Below, in pieces: positions 44,120-54,024 of a stretch of 64,000 bases of DNA; position 1 is the stretch's first letter; each line of letters starts with the position of its first letter. Made by a program: the position numbers and the translations under genes. Below the pieces are notes generated by a model that did no database searches, was not told the origin of the DNA, and was given only the letters and a program-made list of their open reading frames with translations. The DNA comes from Fibrobacter sp. (lineage in GTDB: Bacteria; Fibrobacterota; Fibrobacteria; Fibrobacterales; Fibrobacteraceae): the NCBI GenBank assembly GCA_045224895.1, contig JBGVAT010000051.1:2316-66315 (forward strand). Direction: 5' to 3'.

Positions 44120-44569
44120 TTACTTGTTCTTCAAGAGATCGCGGATTTCGGTGAGGAGCTTTTCTTCGGCGCTCGGTGCCGGAGGTGCTGCCGGAGCTGC
44201 GGCTGCCTCAGCTTCTTTCTTCTTGCGCATATTCTGCATGAATCCGAGGAACTTTTTCATCATGAGGAACACGGCGAATGCGACGATGAGGAAGTTCAGG
44301 ATTTCGCCAACAAAGTTGCCGTACGGGATGGTCACGCCTTCTGCGGTCTTGTAGGCGAGAGTCTTGAGGCCTTCACCTGCGTCCTGGCCGCCGCACTTGG
44401 TGATGATGGCGGTGACGAGCGGCATCACGATGTCGTTCACGAACGAGTTGACGATTTTTCCGAAGGCGGCACCGATGATGATACCGATGGCCATGTCGAC
44501 GATGTTGCCCTTGAATGCGAATGCCTTGAATTCTTCAATAAGTGAAGCTGCTTTCTTTTTGAGGCTCAT
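44120..44569 (-). CDS. mscL: Large-conductance mechanosensitive channel
   Basis: [39 protein letters not shown] is the MscL signature. Start MSLKKK at 44569. Confidence 0.9.
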   Translation of the reverse strand: MSLKKKAASLIEEFKAFAFKGNIVDMAIGIIIGAAFGKIVNSFVNDIVMPLVTAIITKCGGQDAGEGLKTLAYKTAEGVTIPYGNFVGEILNFLIVAFAVFLMMKKFLGFMQNMRKKKEAEAAAAPAAPPAPSAEEKLLTEIRDLLKNK

Positions 44570-44658
44570 TTTTTTATTTCTCCTTGTGGATTGTTTTATG
44601 CTTAAATAATAGGAAAAACCTTTAAAGTTTGGCACGCAATTTTTAAATTTGGCGCGCT

Positions 44659-45528
44659 ATGTCATGGTTATTATTGGCTTTTGCCTCGGCTGTATTTCTC
44701 GGTTTTTACGATTTAGCCAAGAAAAAATCGGTTCAAGATAACGCTGTTCGCCCGGTACTTTTGCTTTGCAGTGTCTTTTATGCATTGCTGATGTTGCCGG
44801 TGCTTTTGACGGGACATTGCGAGCCCTTGACTTTGCATGACCACCTGTTTTTGATGGTCAAGTCGGTGATTGTTGGCGGTAGCTGGCTCTTTACGTATAG
44901 CGCGATTGCGCATATGCCGCTCAGCATTTCGACGACGATTCGTGCGCTTGCTCCTTTGTTTACAATTATGATTGCCGTGGGATTCCTGGGTGAACGTCCG
45001 CAGGTGATGCAGTGGGCGGGTATCGCGGTGTGCGTTTGTTCGTACATCGGGCTGAGTCTGGCTGGTCGTAAAGAGATGGGACACTTCTTTAGCAACGGCT
45101 GGGTGGTGGCGATGCTCCTTGGAACTATCCTTGCGGCTTGCAGCGGTATTTACGACAAGCTGATTTTACAGAGGATGAATTTTGAGCCGATGACTGTCCA
45201 GGTGTGGTTCAGCATCTATATGTGCGCGGTGCAGTTCTTGACGACGATGATTACTTGGTACCCAACTCGCAAGAAAACGACTCCATTTCAGTTCCGTTGG
45301 TCGTTTTTGGCGGTGGCCGCGCTTTTGATTATTGCCGATCGTTGCTATTTTTTGGCGGTGAGCGATTCGAATGCGTTGATTTCTATTATCACGGTTCTGC
45401 GTCGCTCGAGCGTGTTCATCAGCTTCTTGGCGGGAATCCTCGTATTCAAGGAACGCAAGAGCAAGATGAAGTTTGTGGCAATGCTTGGCGTGGTCATCGG
45501 CTTGTGCCTGATTTCGCTGGGCCACTAA
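44659..45528 (+). CDS. EamA/DMT-family transporter
   Basis: Ten predicted TM helices in two EamA-like halves. Confidence 0.75.
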   Translation: MSWLLLAFASAVFLGFYDLAKKKSVQDNAVRPVLLLCSVFYALLMLPVLLTGHCEPLTLHDHLFLMVKSVIVGGSWLFTYSAIAHMPLSISTTIRALAPLFTIMIAVGFLGERPQVMQWAGIAVCVCSYIGLSLAGRKEMGHFFSNGWVVAMLLGTILAACSGIYDKLILQRMNFEPMTVQVWFSIYMCAVQFLTTMITWYPTRKKTTPFQFRWSFLAVAALLIIADRCYFLAVSDSNALISIITVLRRSSVFISFLAGILVFKERKSKMKFVAMLGVVIGLCLISLGH

Positions 45529-45541
45529 TTTTAGAGGTTCT

Positions 45542-46132
45542 ATGCTAAAAATTGGAATCACGGGGTCGATTGGTGCGGGCAAGTCGTTTTTGGGCGAACT
45601 GCTCCGTGAAAAGAACTTTCAGGTGCTAGATGCTGACCGCAAGGTGCATGAACTTTACCGTGATTCTCAGGCGCTTCGTCAGGATATGGCGGATTTTTTT
45701 GGCGACGATTGTTTGACACCGAAGGGTGTGAACAGTGCGCTTATTGCCGACCGCATTTTTGCGGATGCGTCGGTGCGCGAAACGCTGGAACATATTGTTT
45801 ACCCGTACTTGACGGAAGCCGTTAGAAAGTTTTTTGACGAGGGTGAGCCGGCGGTGTGCAAGTTCGTTGAGGCTGCTCTTTTTTCAAGGGCGCCGGAACT
45901 TGTCGAAATGCTGGATGAAATCTGGATTGTCGGTGCGCCCGAAGAGGTGCGCTTGCGTCGCTTGGTGGCGCGCGGATTGAGCGAAATGGATGCGGCTCGC
46001 CGAATTATGAACCAGCAGGGTGCTTGCGCTCCGGAACTTTTCCCTGGGAAACGGATTCACGTTTTAACGAATGATGCAGACCGTTCTCGCTTGGAATTGC
46101 AATTAGGGAATCTGTTGAAGGGGATGGTGTAG
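45542..46132 (+). CDS. coaE: Dephospho-CoA kinase
   Basis: IGITGSIGAGKS P-loop; 196 aa, CoaE-colinear. Confidence 0.9.
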   Translation: MLKIGITGSIGAGKSFLGELLREKNFQVLDADRKVHELYRDSQALRQDMADFFGDDCLTPKGVNSALIADRIFADASVRETLEHIVYPYLTEAVRKFFDEGEPAVCKFVEAALFSRAPELVEMLDEIWIVGAPEEVRLRRLVARGLSEMDAARRIMNQQGACAPELFPGKRIHVLTNDADRSRLELQLGNLLKGMV

Positions 46133-46135
46133 AGT

Positions 46136-46459
46136 ATGCAGCCTTATATCCACCAGTTTGCCAGTTTTTTGAGAGCCCATATGAATTCGATTTCGGTGGG
46201 AATCGTCGCTACGGTCTTGATGCTCTACGGCGCCTGCATCAACAACTACTTTAAACGGATTACAAAAAGCATCCCGTTTCTGGGACGTTTTGTGCTGTTC
46301 GTGGTGCTGTGCAGCGTGGGCTATGCATTTGCCAGTTCGCAGATGGTGCGCTTCTTGAAAAAGTTGCTGTACCAGTTGCCGGACCTTCCGCTGATTGGTG
46401 TCATTGCTGGTTGCTTTGTGCTTTTGGCGTTCCTTGCCAAAAGCGGCAAGGACATCTGA
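46136..46459 (+). CDS. Small hypothetical membrane protein
   Basis: 107 aa with three hydrophobic helices. The ATG is 3 nt after the coaE stop. Confidence 0.5.
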   Translation: MQPYIHQFASFLRAHMNSISVGIVATVLMLYGACINNYFKRITKSIPFLGRFVLFVVLCSVGYAFASSQMVRFLKKLLYQLPDLPLIGVIAGCFVLLAFLAKSGKDI

Positions 46460-46480
46460 TTGTTGAAATTGCGCATTTTT

Positions 46481-48022
46481 TTAATTAAAGTTGTCGCGGT
46501 TGACTCCGTATAAAATAACGTCGTCAATCCACATTTCGCTTTCGTCTACAATCCAGATCGTGATGGTCGTGACGCGGGGCTTTACAAAGTCCCAGCCCAT
46601 ATTTCCGAATTCGCCGTCACCAGGGGTGAAGTCGCTTGGCTTAAAGCAGAATCGCTTCCAGTTAGATTCTAGGTTGTCGACGTACTTTGTTTTGCCAGTC
46701 GGTTCATCGAGAACTTCGATGGCAAAGCCGAGTTCACCGGAACCTTTGGCGTAGAACGCGATGGAATCGATGCCTTCGAGGCTTGACGGGAGACGGTTTA
46801 ATCGTGTGCCGATCATTGACCATTTGCCGTATGTTTTTGATGTACTTTTCCAATGGAACACATAGCCGTTGCGTTCTTCGTTCTGTTCGAAGGCTTCGCT
46901 CACGTTTTCGTTGCTTGGCGTTGTCGTGACATTGGAATCTTGCGGGGCAAAATACCATTCACGTTTGCCGTCGGTGTAGTCGAATGCGGATTCTAGCTTT
47001 TGAGTTTCGAAGTCGATGAGCTTGACGGAGTGGAGTGCGGTCACGAGCGAATCGGGGAGTGCCTCCCAAATGTTGTTGCTTGCGTTACTGCTGGCGTCTA
47101 GGGCGGCAGTTTTGCCCCAGTACATAACGATGCTTTCGACGGTCGATGTTCCGTTGATGCGGATTTGCAGTTCTGCCTGCTGCAGAGAATCGTTCCAGAA
47201 TGCCTTCTTGAATGCAAGGCGGTTGCCGCTTTGGTCGGTGATGCGAAGGTCGTTCCCGTTTTTCATCGCTTCGCTAAAGTCGAAGTTCTTGGAGTCGAGT
47301 CGCACAAAGACGACTGTGGTATCTGCGATGGGTTTCATCCAGTCAGAAATGGTGGAATCGAGCGGAATGATGCGCGAATGTGCCCACTGGTCTAGCAATT
47401 CGTTTTCGAGAGTTGGCTTTTCAAGCGTTTGGATGTCGCTGGATGAGCCTGCCAAAACTTGTGCAGATCCTTCGCCGATGGCAACCTGGTCGTCTGAGAT
47501 GATGGCTCGGATCTGGTAGCTTGCGGGCGGGAGTGAGTCGAGCGTGAATTCGCCTTTGCTATTCGTCTTGACGAGCTTGTCCGTACCGTAGATTTGCACC
47601 CACGCAAAAGTTGCATCTTCAGGAAGTTCGGCCTTGCCTGAAACGGAACCAAGTGATTCCATTTGCAGTGTTGTTGTCTTGCTCTTTTTGAGTTCGCTAG
47701 ATGAGATCTGCCTGAAGGCGCCCGTGCTGCCGTTGATGACCTCGATGTAGCCTTTGTCGAAGTTGTCTGCGTCGATGGTTATTGTGCCAAGCGAATCGGC
47801 GGTAAATTCTAGAACGTCGTCTTGTGAACGTTCCGAAGTTCCTTGCACGTACCAAAGCGGACGGACTTTAGCGACTGCGAATGCGGCTGGTTTTGAATCC
47901 AGATTGACAACGTTGATCAGGTATGCGTTTTCGGTTTCGACGGTGCTTGCGCCGGCGATTTCTTTGTCTGATGAACAGGCGAAAAATAAAATGCAGGAAA
48001 TGAGTGCTAGAGACTTTTTCAT
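46481..48022 (-). CDS. Secreted lipoprotein with carboxypeptidase-regulatory-like, DUF2341-like and carbohydrate-binding-like domains
   Basis: Start MKKSLALISCILFFACSS (lipobox) at 48022, overlapping the upstream stop (ATGA). The upstream extension of the ORF to 48187 is rejected. Confidence 0.65.
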   Translation of the reverse strand: MKKSLALISCILFFACSSDKEIAGASTVETENAYLINVVNLDSKPAAFAVAKVRPLWYVQGTSERSQDDVLEFTADSLGTITIDADNFDKGYIEVINGSTGAFRQISSSELKKSKTTTLQMESLGSVSGKAELPEDATFAWVQIYGTDKLVKTNSKGEFTLDSLPPASYQIRAIISDDQVAIGEGSAQVLAGSSSDIQTLEKPTLENELLDQWAHSRIIPLDSTISDWMKPIADTTVVFVRLDSKNFDFSEAMKNGNDLRITDQSGNRLAFKKAFWNDSLQQAELQIRINGTSTVESIVMYWGKTAALDASSNASNNIWEALPDSLVTALHSVKLIDFETQKLESAFDYTDGKREWYFAPQDSNVTTTPSNENVSEAFEQNEERNGYVFHWKSTSKTYGKWSMIGTRLNRLPSSLEGIDSIAFYAKGSGELGFAIEVLDEPTGKTKYVDNLESNWKRFCFKPSDFTPGDGEFGNMGWDFVKPRVTTITIWIVDESEMWIDDVILYGVNRDNFN

Positions 48023-48876
48023 ACCTTCCTCGCATTTTCTTTTGAAGTTTTTTTGTCTGAAATATCGGCGACTGGGTACAGCGAAAAGATGAACTGCATA
48101 ACTTTCTTTGGCGCTTCTACTTCGGCAACGCGTTTTTGCACTTGCCTGCGGAATTCCTGCGTCATTTCGACGAGGTCTTCGAAGCATTCATCGTCGACGC
48201 AGGCGAGGATTGATGAAATGTTGCGCTCGGCGGGCGGAATGTTGACGAGGGCGTTTTGTGCCAGCGTGAGCAGTTGATTCTGGTAACTGCGGATGGCGGT
48301 GATTTTGGAGGCCCCTGCCGAGGTGAAGTTTGCTGTCGTGACGGCGTATCGTTCGGAGGCGAGAGGCGTAATCATCTTGAGTTCTTTCAAGACTCGAATA
48401 GCTTCTTTGACTTGGTCCTCTGAAATGGCGGGCGTGATTTGCTTGACGAGCGTACGGACGTCTGCCTTGCCGCCGTTGATTTCGATGATGGAGCGTACAA
48501 CGGGTATCCACCAGCGGCTGAGAAACAGAATTTCGTTGGAATCCAGTTTGCGGAGGCTGACGTCTTGCAATGCAAGGGCCATCTTGTAAAGTTTGTCTTT
48601 CTTCGCCTTTGATTTGGTTCGCGAGGCGGCCACCAGAATCTCGAAAAGTTCTCCGTCGCGCCCCTTAAGTCCGAGCAGCTTTTTAGAAAGTGGGATACTT
48701 TGTACCGGAAGATGAGATTCCTTGTTGAGAACGCGAAAAACCTGGCTTGTCTCGAGACCGAGCTTTTGCCCCATCATTTTGTAGGAAAATAGCGGAAATT
48801 CCAACTTTTTCTGAACAAAAAAGTTTTTTAACAGGTCTCTGTAATCACCGATTTCGTCAATGTTCAACATAACCAC
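48019..48876 (-). CDS. TIGR02147/DUF4423-like putative regulator
   Basis: DYRDLLKNFFVQKKLEFPLFSYKMMGQKLGLETSQVFRVLNKESHLP. I recall this pattern from the Fibrobacter paralogous family TIGR02147. From memory only. Confidence 0.55.
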   Translation of the reverse strand: MVMLNIDEIGDYRDLLKNFFVQKKLEFPLFSYKMMGQKLGLETSQVFRVLNKESHLPVQSIPLSKKLLGLKGRDGELFEILVAASRTKSKAKKDKLYKMALALQDVSLRKLDSNEILFLSRWWIPVVRSIIEINGGKADVRTLVKQITPAISEDQVKEAIRVLKELKMITPLASERYAVTTANFTSAGASKITAIRSYQNQLLTLAQNALVNIPPAERNISSILACVDDECFEDLVEMTQEFRRQVQKRVAEVEAPKKVMQFIFSLYPVADISDKKTSKENARKV

Positions 48877-49279
48877 ATCCCTTTTCTATGAAATAGATTT
48901 TTTGGCCCGGCAAAGGCGCTCTATGGCCACTTTTTCTATGGACGGAATGTCAATATGACGAATATCACGCTCGAAAAAGAAAAAAATTTTGTTTTTCTTA
49001 CATCCTCACAATTTTGGACAATAAAATCTAACTTATCACTCAGAAACAAAAGGCGGCTAATTATGCAGAAAGAAGATCTCTATGTCCTCAAACAAGTTGT
49101 GCTCTTTACGCTGATTGCAGTTGTACTTGGTTTTGTATATGGATAATTTTAAATAAAATTTGGTGTATATGCGTAAAGTCGGTGCGGATTTCCCTGCATC
49201 GGCTTTTTTGTTTGTAAAAGATTTTATATTGCAGTTGTCTAGACGAAATGTAAAGACTCGATTAAGGAAGGACTGTTAA

Positions 49280-50290
49280 ATGCCTGCTGAAATAAAGATT
49301 CTTGAACGTGCCGAAATGTTTTTGCGTAAACTCTCCAGCGGAGTGAATCCTCTGACTGAGGAATCCTTACCGGAAGGTGATGCCTGCCGACAGGAACGAA
49401 TTAGCAAGTGCCTTGTGTATGTAGCCGACTATTTAAAGCAGAAAGTGATGCCTTCGATGGTTCCGCAAGAAAAGGTGAAAGCGCCCAAGCCTGTGAAGGC
49501 CTTAAAGCCGCGTCCGGTGCGTGAAGTGGCAGACAAGGAACTTGTCCTGACTCCAGAAATGTTGTCTAGATTTGAATTTTCTTCGAAGCCGGTTTCTGTT
49601 TCGGGATTGATCCGTCGCTTGAATACTCTTATTCCGCAGGGCAGTGGCATGATTCCGTTTGTCTATGCGGATGTGGCGGAAGTGCTTTCGAGAGAAGGGA
49701 TCCTCAAGAAGGAGGAAGGCGAAAAGGGCAAGGATTTGAACTTGCCGACTCCGTATGGCGAAGAGCTTGGCTTTGTGCGTGTCGAAGCAGATATCCGCGG
49801 ACATCATTCCATCTTTACAGAATGCATGGTTCCTGCGCAAAAGTTCATTTTCGATAATATTCAAAAGTGCGTGGCTCAGGCGAATGACCGCTTGGCAAAG
49901 CGTAAAGAACGTGCTGAATCAGGCGAAATGGGCCGTAGCGGTAAAGAAAAGTTCCATGTGACGGAAGAACAAATCAAGAATTATCCGACAGATGAAGCTC
50001 CTGTTCCGGTCAGTGAAATTGCAAGACGATTGAACGATTTGCTTCCGCAAGATTCCAATATCGAAAAGATTTACTTTAAGACGATTCGTGATTGGTTCGT
50101 GTCGCAGAATTATCTTGAAGAACGCAAAAATGCGCTTGGAAAGATTTTCTTTGTGCCGACGGAAACGGGGGCGCAGAACGGTGTCGTGACGGAATCGCGC
50201 GTGGGCAAGAATGGCGAAAATTATGATGCGGTCTTGTACAATGGTGCTGCCCAGAAGCTCGTGCTTGAGCACGTGAACGAACTCGCGTAA
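49280..50290 (+). CDS. Hypothetical protein with internal tandem domain duplication
   Basis: 336 aa. PVSVSGLIRRLNTLIPQ...AQKFIFDNI is repeated as PVPVSEIARRLNDLLPQ...AQKLVLEHV. Flanked by terminators/REPs. Confidence 0.6.
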   Translation: MPAEIKILERAEMFLRKLSSGVNPLTEESLPEGDACRQERISKCLVYVADYLKQKVMPSMVPQEKVKAPKPVKALKPRPVREVADKELVLTPEMLSRFEFSSKPVSVSGLIRRLNTLIPQGSGMIPFVYADVAEVLSREGILKKEEGEKGKDLNLPTPYGEELGFVRVEADIRGHHSIFTECMVPAQKFIFDNIQKCVAQANDRLAKRKERAESGEMGRSGKEKFHVTEEQIKNYPTDEAPVPVSEIARRLNDLLPQDSNIEKIYFKTIRDWFVSQNYLEERKNALGKIFFVPTETGAQNGVVTESRVGKNGENYDAVLYNGAAQKLVLEHVNELA

Positions 50291-50334
50291 TTTGTCATCC
50301 TGGAGCGTCGCGACGGGATCCATAAAAACTAACG

Positions 50335-50366
50335 AAAAATGCCGCCCGATGGGGCGGCGTTTTTTC
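50335..50366. terminator. Bidirectional terminator between convergent genes
   Basis: aaaaat-gccgccc-gatg-gggcggc-gtttttt. Confidence 0.75.
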
Positions 50367-50372
50367 TTTTGC

Positions 50373-50409
50373 TGTCATCCCGGCCTTGTGCCGGGATCGC
50401 CTTACACGG
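50373..50409. repeat. REP-like hairpin unit
   Basis: tgtcatCCCGGccttgtgCCGGGatcgccttacacgg. Confidence 0.7.
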
Positions 50410-50425
50410 TTCTAATTGCAGGCAC

Positions 50426-53353
50426 TTATCTTAGTCTACGAAGCCCTCTTGGCATCGGGACTTCCTTGCCGTCTTCGCCAAGCAGGTAAATGTTGTCGAG
50501 GCTGATGTATCCCTTGCCGCTATGGCGGGCGCGGAATGCAAAGTTTTTGATCTTGGTCGGATCGAGTTGCGGAATGGTCTTGCCCCAGCCTTCCTGCTTC
50601 ATGTTTTCCCAGATGAGTGTGTCGCGGACCCAGTTGCCGCGAGTTTTCTTGAGACGGATCATAAATTCGTCGTAGTCTTCGACCTGGCTCGACATAATCT
50701 GCAGTTCGAGATAGCCCTGCGGGTTGTTGTGCGTCGTGGAGTAATCGAATACGATACCGACGGACTTTTTGATTTCTTCGGGAACGTTGTAGTATGCGCC
50801 GGAGTAGTTCGGCCAACCGAGATTAGGCGGCTGCTCGACGATGAAGTCGTGACGGACGTAGCCACCGAGAGGCGGATTGCCCTTGATGATTTTGGCGTCC
50901 ATTGCAGTGGCGTTATCGCCGTTTACGACCGGGAACCAAGGAACGTCATCAATGCTACCGTCGAAGTTCTGCATAACGCTTGTGGTGCGATAAGCGCCGC
51001 GGATGCGGAATGGAACCTTGAATGTCGCTTTCTTTTTGTTCTTGCCGGTGACCGTGATTTTGAGTTCCTGTGCGCCCTTGGTGACTTTATCCGTGACAGG
51101 TACTTTGACGTGGAAACTTTCGATGGACGAATTCCATTTGCCATCATCCGGTGTGGCGTGGATGGTGAGCGGCTTCTTTTCCCACTTGTCGATTTGAACA
51201 TCGGCTCCGGCAAGTTCGCCGCCATCTTGAACGGCTGTCACGAAGAGATCTAGGGTATCGCCGTCTGTCATCACCTTCTTTTCGAGCGCGATGGCGAGTG
51301 CTTCGGGGGCGCTTGCGCTTTGCTGCGCGGGGTTCATGCGAACAACGACTGTTCCGAACGGAGGCACTTCGATGTCACGGTTCTTGCCTTCGATACGGCG
51401 ACCGCTGGGACCCATTTTCGGGTACGGATAAGCGTTTCGTTGATCGCCAATCCACTTGAACTGATCGGCTCCAAAGACATCGACTTCGATGTGGGCGTTG
51501 TTCGGCTTTTTCTTTTCGCTCTTGCGGTCAATTTGGACAATCTGCTTTTCGTCAGTCATGTTCACGAGGAGCGTGTTGCAGCTGTTGCCTTTGCAGATGG
51601 CGTAAGGCGTGATAGCTGCTGTCGTGCTCTTGACGGGAACGACTGCGTAACCGCTTTCGAGGAATCGCTTGAAGGTCATATAGACACCGTAATATTCGGC
51701 GGTGGGTTCAAGGCTTGCCCAACGGTTCCAGGAACCTTCCTTGACGAGAGCCGTCATGCTGATGGTGCCCCACGTGTGGTCTGGTCCTTCAAAGACATTG
51801 CCGAAGGCATCCCACGGGAGCGCTTGGAATCGGTCGCCAAAGCGGACTGCGTACTGTGCGAAAATGTTCGCCATACCTGCGGCTTGCGGGTAGTCCATCC
51901 AGATTTGTGAGCCTTGGACTGATGTGCTAAATTCCGAGAGGAACACGCGGCGCTTGCCTTCGAGGTACTTGTTCATCCAGGCGTTGAGCGTATCGGCGTT
52001 CTGGGCAACATCAAGGCTTGCCTTGAGCATGTCCTTTGCATTCAGGTTTTCAGGAACCCAGTACGGATAGGTGTGCAAGTCGACAACGTCGAGGTAGCGC
52101 TTGCCATCGGCCTTTTCGGCTTCGCCGACAATGCGCAGAAATTCGGCCATCCAGTATTTGCCATCGTTGAGGCCTGCGCCTTTTTGCAACATCTTGTGCG
52201 TACTGAAGAGCGGTCCGTGCAAGATGATGCTCGGATCGACGGCCTTCATAGCGCGGGCGTATTCGATAAAGCGTGCGGCGTAATGCCTTGCCGAAAGCGG
52301 ACCGGATTCTTCCCATTCGCCATCGAGTTCGTTACCGATTTGCCATTGCTTGATGTTGTACTTTTTAACCTTGTTGGCATAGCGCACCCAAGCGGCGGCT
52401 TCCTTGGATGTTCCCGTGCCTGCGTTCACGCAAATGACGGCTTGAGCTTTTTGACCGTTCACGAGCTTCGGAAGTCCGTTGATGTACGTCATGAATTCTT
52501 CGAAGTGCCATTTGATGTTTGTCCAGTCGGTGCGCGGAGTGTCGCCGTTGCGGGTGGACATGGCGAAGAACTTGTAGCCGTTTCCGGCGAGCAAATCGTC
52601 TGAGCCACTATAGAGCTTCATTTCGCGGATTTGCACACCCTTTGAAGGAAGGTCGGTCGTCTTGAACTTTACGGCGACATAGCGGGCTCGCGTTGTCGGA
52701 AACTTGTACTTGGTCTGGCTGCCTGTGACCTTGACCGTGCCCCATCTCTTTAATTTATTTTCTGCGTGCTGATGGACGCCTGGATAATCGGCATAGTCTT
52801 CGGTCCAGTACGAGAGTTCAAAAGATTTCGGGCGGAGATTGCCCCAGTCGATAATAATGGAGTCGAGGTCCTTCTTTTCAGGGAATTCGATGACGACCCA
52901 AGGCGGATCCTTAGGATCCAAGATCTCGCCCCACCACATGGTATTCATATTGTTGTCGGCGAGGTGGCTGCGACGGATAAATCCGTAGTTGTCCTTGGTG
53001 GTGCCGCGGTAAATCGTTTCGCCGAGGAATCCCGGAGCCCAGCTTTCTTCGCTTGGCGTCCAGAGTCCGGTGCTATCGTATTTGCCTGCGCCGTTCCAGT
53101 GGTAGTCATTGCTCAAGCTTCCGTTCGGGAAACGGAAGATGGTGTAACCGCCATCGACGAGGGCGGGCGTCATATCGTAATAGCGCGTGGGCGGATTCCA
53201 AATGGCAAGATCCGCTCCCATCATATTCTGCTTGTTGATGACGATGCCCGGATGCGTGTCGTCAATTTCGATGACGTTCTGTGCAGCCAAAACTGGCGCT
53301 GCAGAAAGTGCAAGCGCAGTTCCGCACAAAATTTTTTTGATGCCAAATACCAT
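50426..53353 (-). CDS. Large secreted multidomain glycoside-hydrolase-like protein (discoidin/F5-8-type-C-like domain + clan GH-A-like TIM barrel + beta-sandwich domains, basic C-terminus)
   Basis: Signal peptide. WVVIEFPEKKDLDSIIIDWGNLRPKSFELSYW (discoidin-like), WQIGNELDGEWE (acid/base NE context), C-terminal ...RGLRRLR. The GH family is not resolved. Confidence 0.65.
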   Translation of the reverse strand: MVFGIKKILCGTALALSAAPVLAAQNVIEIDDTHPGIVINKQNMMGADLAIWNPPTRYYDMTPALVDGGYTIFRFPNGSLSNDYHWNGAGKYDSTGLWTPSEESWAPGFLGETIYRGTTKDNYGFIRRSHLADNNMNTMWWGEILDPKDPPWVVIEFPEKKDLDSIIIDWGNLRPKSFELSYWTEDYADYPGVHQHAENKLKRWGTVKVTGSQTKYKFPTTRARYVAVKFKTTDLPSKGVQIREMKLYSGSDDLLAGNGYKFFAMSTRNGDTPRTDWTNIKWHFEEFMTYINGLPKLVNGQKAQAVICVNAGTGTSKEAAAWVRYANKVKKYNIKQWQIGNELDGEWEESGPLSARHYAARFIEYARAMKAVDPSIILHGPLFSTHKMLQKGAGLNDGKYWMAEFLRIVGEAEKADGKRYLDVVDLHTYPYWVPENLNAKDMLKASLDVAQNADTLNAWMNKYLEGKRRVFLSEFSTSVQGSQIWMDYPQAAGMANIFAQYAVRFGDRFQALPWDAFGNVFEGPDHTWGTISMTALVKEGSWNRWASLEPTAEYYGVYMTFKRFLESGYAVVPVKSTTAAITPYAICKGNSCNTLLVNMTDEKQIVQIDRKSEKKKPNNAHIEVDVFGADQFKWIGDQRNAYPYPKMGPSGRRIEGKNRDIEVPPFGTVVVRMNPAQQSASAPEALAIALEKKVMTDGDTLDLFVTAVQDGGELAGADVQIDKWEKKPLTIHATPDDGKWNSSIESFHVKVPVTDKVTKGAQELKITVTGKNKKKATFKVPFRIRGAYRTTSVMQNFDGSIDDVPWFPVVNGDNATAMDAKIIKGNPPLGGYVRHDFIVEQPPNLGWPNYSGAYYNVPEEIKKSVGIVFDYSTTHNNPQGYLELQIMSSQVEDYDEFMIRLKKTRGNWVRDTLIWENMKQEGWGKTIPQLDPTKIKNFAFRARHSGKGYISLDNIYLLGEDGKEVPMPRGLRRLR

Positions 53354-53395
53354 AAAAGCTCCTCAAAAATGGGGTAGGGCTCAATTTTTAAAAAT

Positions 53396-54004
53396 TTAAT
53401 GAATTTCGAGTCTGCTGAAATTCTCGTAATGATCAGCGGTGTAGTAAATGACGCAATCGCTTTGATAGACGAGTCGTTTGGTGCCTCGATTTTGGCCCGA
53501 GTAATCAACGTCGGCTTCGTGATAGGAACCTTCTGGCAATGTTGCGTGGTAATTGCTTGCGTTTGAGGCGTAGTTGTTGAACTTGTCGCCGCCAATCATT
53601 ACGCCGATAGTTGTCCACGGATTAAAATTCCACTTCTCGAAAGTCTTGCCTGTTTTCGATTCGTAAAGCTTTTGACCTTCGTCCTTGCTTGCATAGTTAC
53701 TAGGCAACTTGTCGAACTTGCACAAGTATGCTGCAACGGAATCGCGGGTGGTGTACTTGCCGGATTCTTGGACGGCTTCGTATACGTTTGCGTGGTAGAT
53801 GCTGTCTAAGGCTTGGAGTATGCTGTCTTTATTGTCTGGTGCGCAAGTGGCGTTTCCGCATTCGTCAGGAGGACCGTATGCCCAACATTGGATAAGAACG
53901 AGTTCGCATTTGTCTTCGTCGGAAACTGTTGGTGTTGAACAGGAAGCAGCCACCAAAATAGTGACTGTGGCAAGGAATGATTTGAGTATGCTCTTGAACG
54001 TCAT
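53396..54004 (-). CDS. Exported barnase-family (microbial N1/T1-type) ribonuclease lipoprotein
   Basis: Lipobox LVAASC. AAYLCKFDKLPSNYASKDE...IGGDKFNN...LPEGSYHEADVDYSGQNRGTKRLVYQSDCVIYYTADHYENFSRL is colinear with barnase (YHKLPDNYITK...IGGDIFSN...WREADINYTSGFRNSDRILYSSDWLIYKTTDHYQTF). Confidence 0.85.
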   Translation of the reverse strand: MTFKSILKSFLATVTILVAASCSTPTVSDEDKCELVLIQCWAYGPPDECGNATCAPDNKDSILQALDSIYHANVYEAVQESGKYTTRDSVAAYLCKFDKLPSNYASKDEGQKLYESKTGKTFEKWNFNPWTTIGVMIGGDKFNNYASNASNYHATLPEGSYHEADVDYSGQNRGTKRLVYQSDCVIYYTADHYENFSRLEIH

Positions 54005-54024
54005 ACTTTCAAATTTAATATAAA

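Noticed and set aside
46481-48187. Full 568-aa ORF for the lipoprotein gene, and similar long N-terminal extensions of queE (to 54837), queD (to 55355), mscL (to 44635) and the acyltransferase (to 57023).
   Set aside because: The extensions are Arg-rich or low-complexity and overlap the upstream genes. Internal ATGs give canonical N-termini (lipobox, family-typical starts).
48955-49146. 63-aa ORF (or 27-aa MQKEDLYVLKQVVLFTLIAVVLGFVYG) in the spacer before 49280.
   Set aside because: There is only one hydrophobic stretch, no SD and no conservation evidence available. It is too weak to call.
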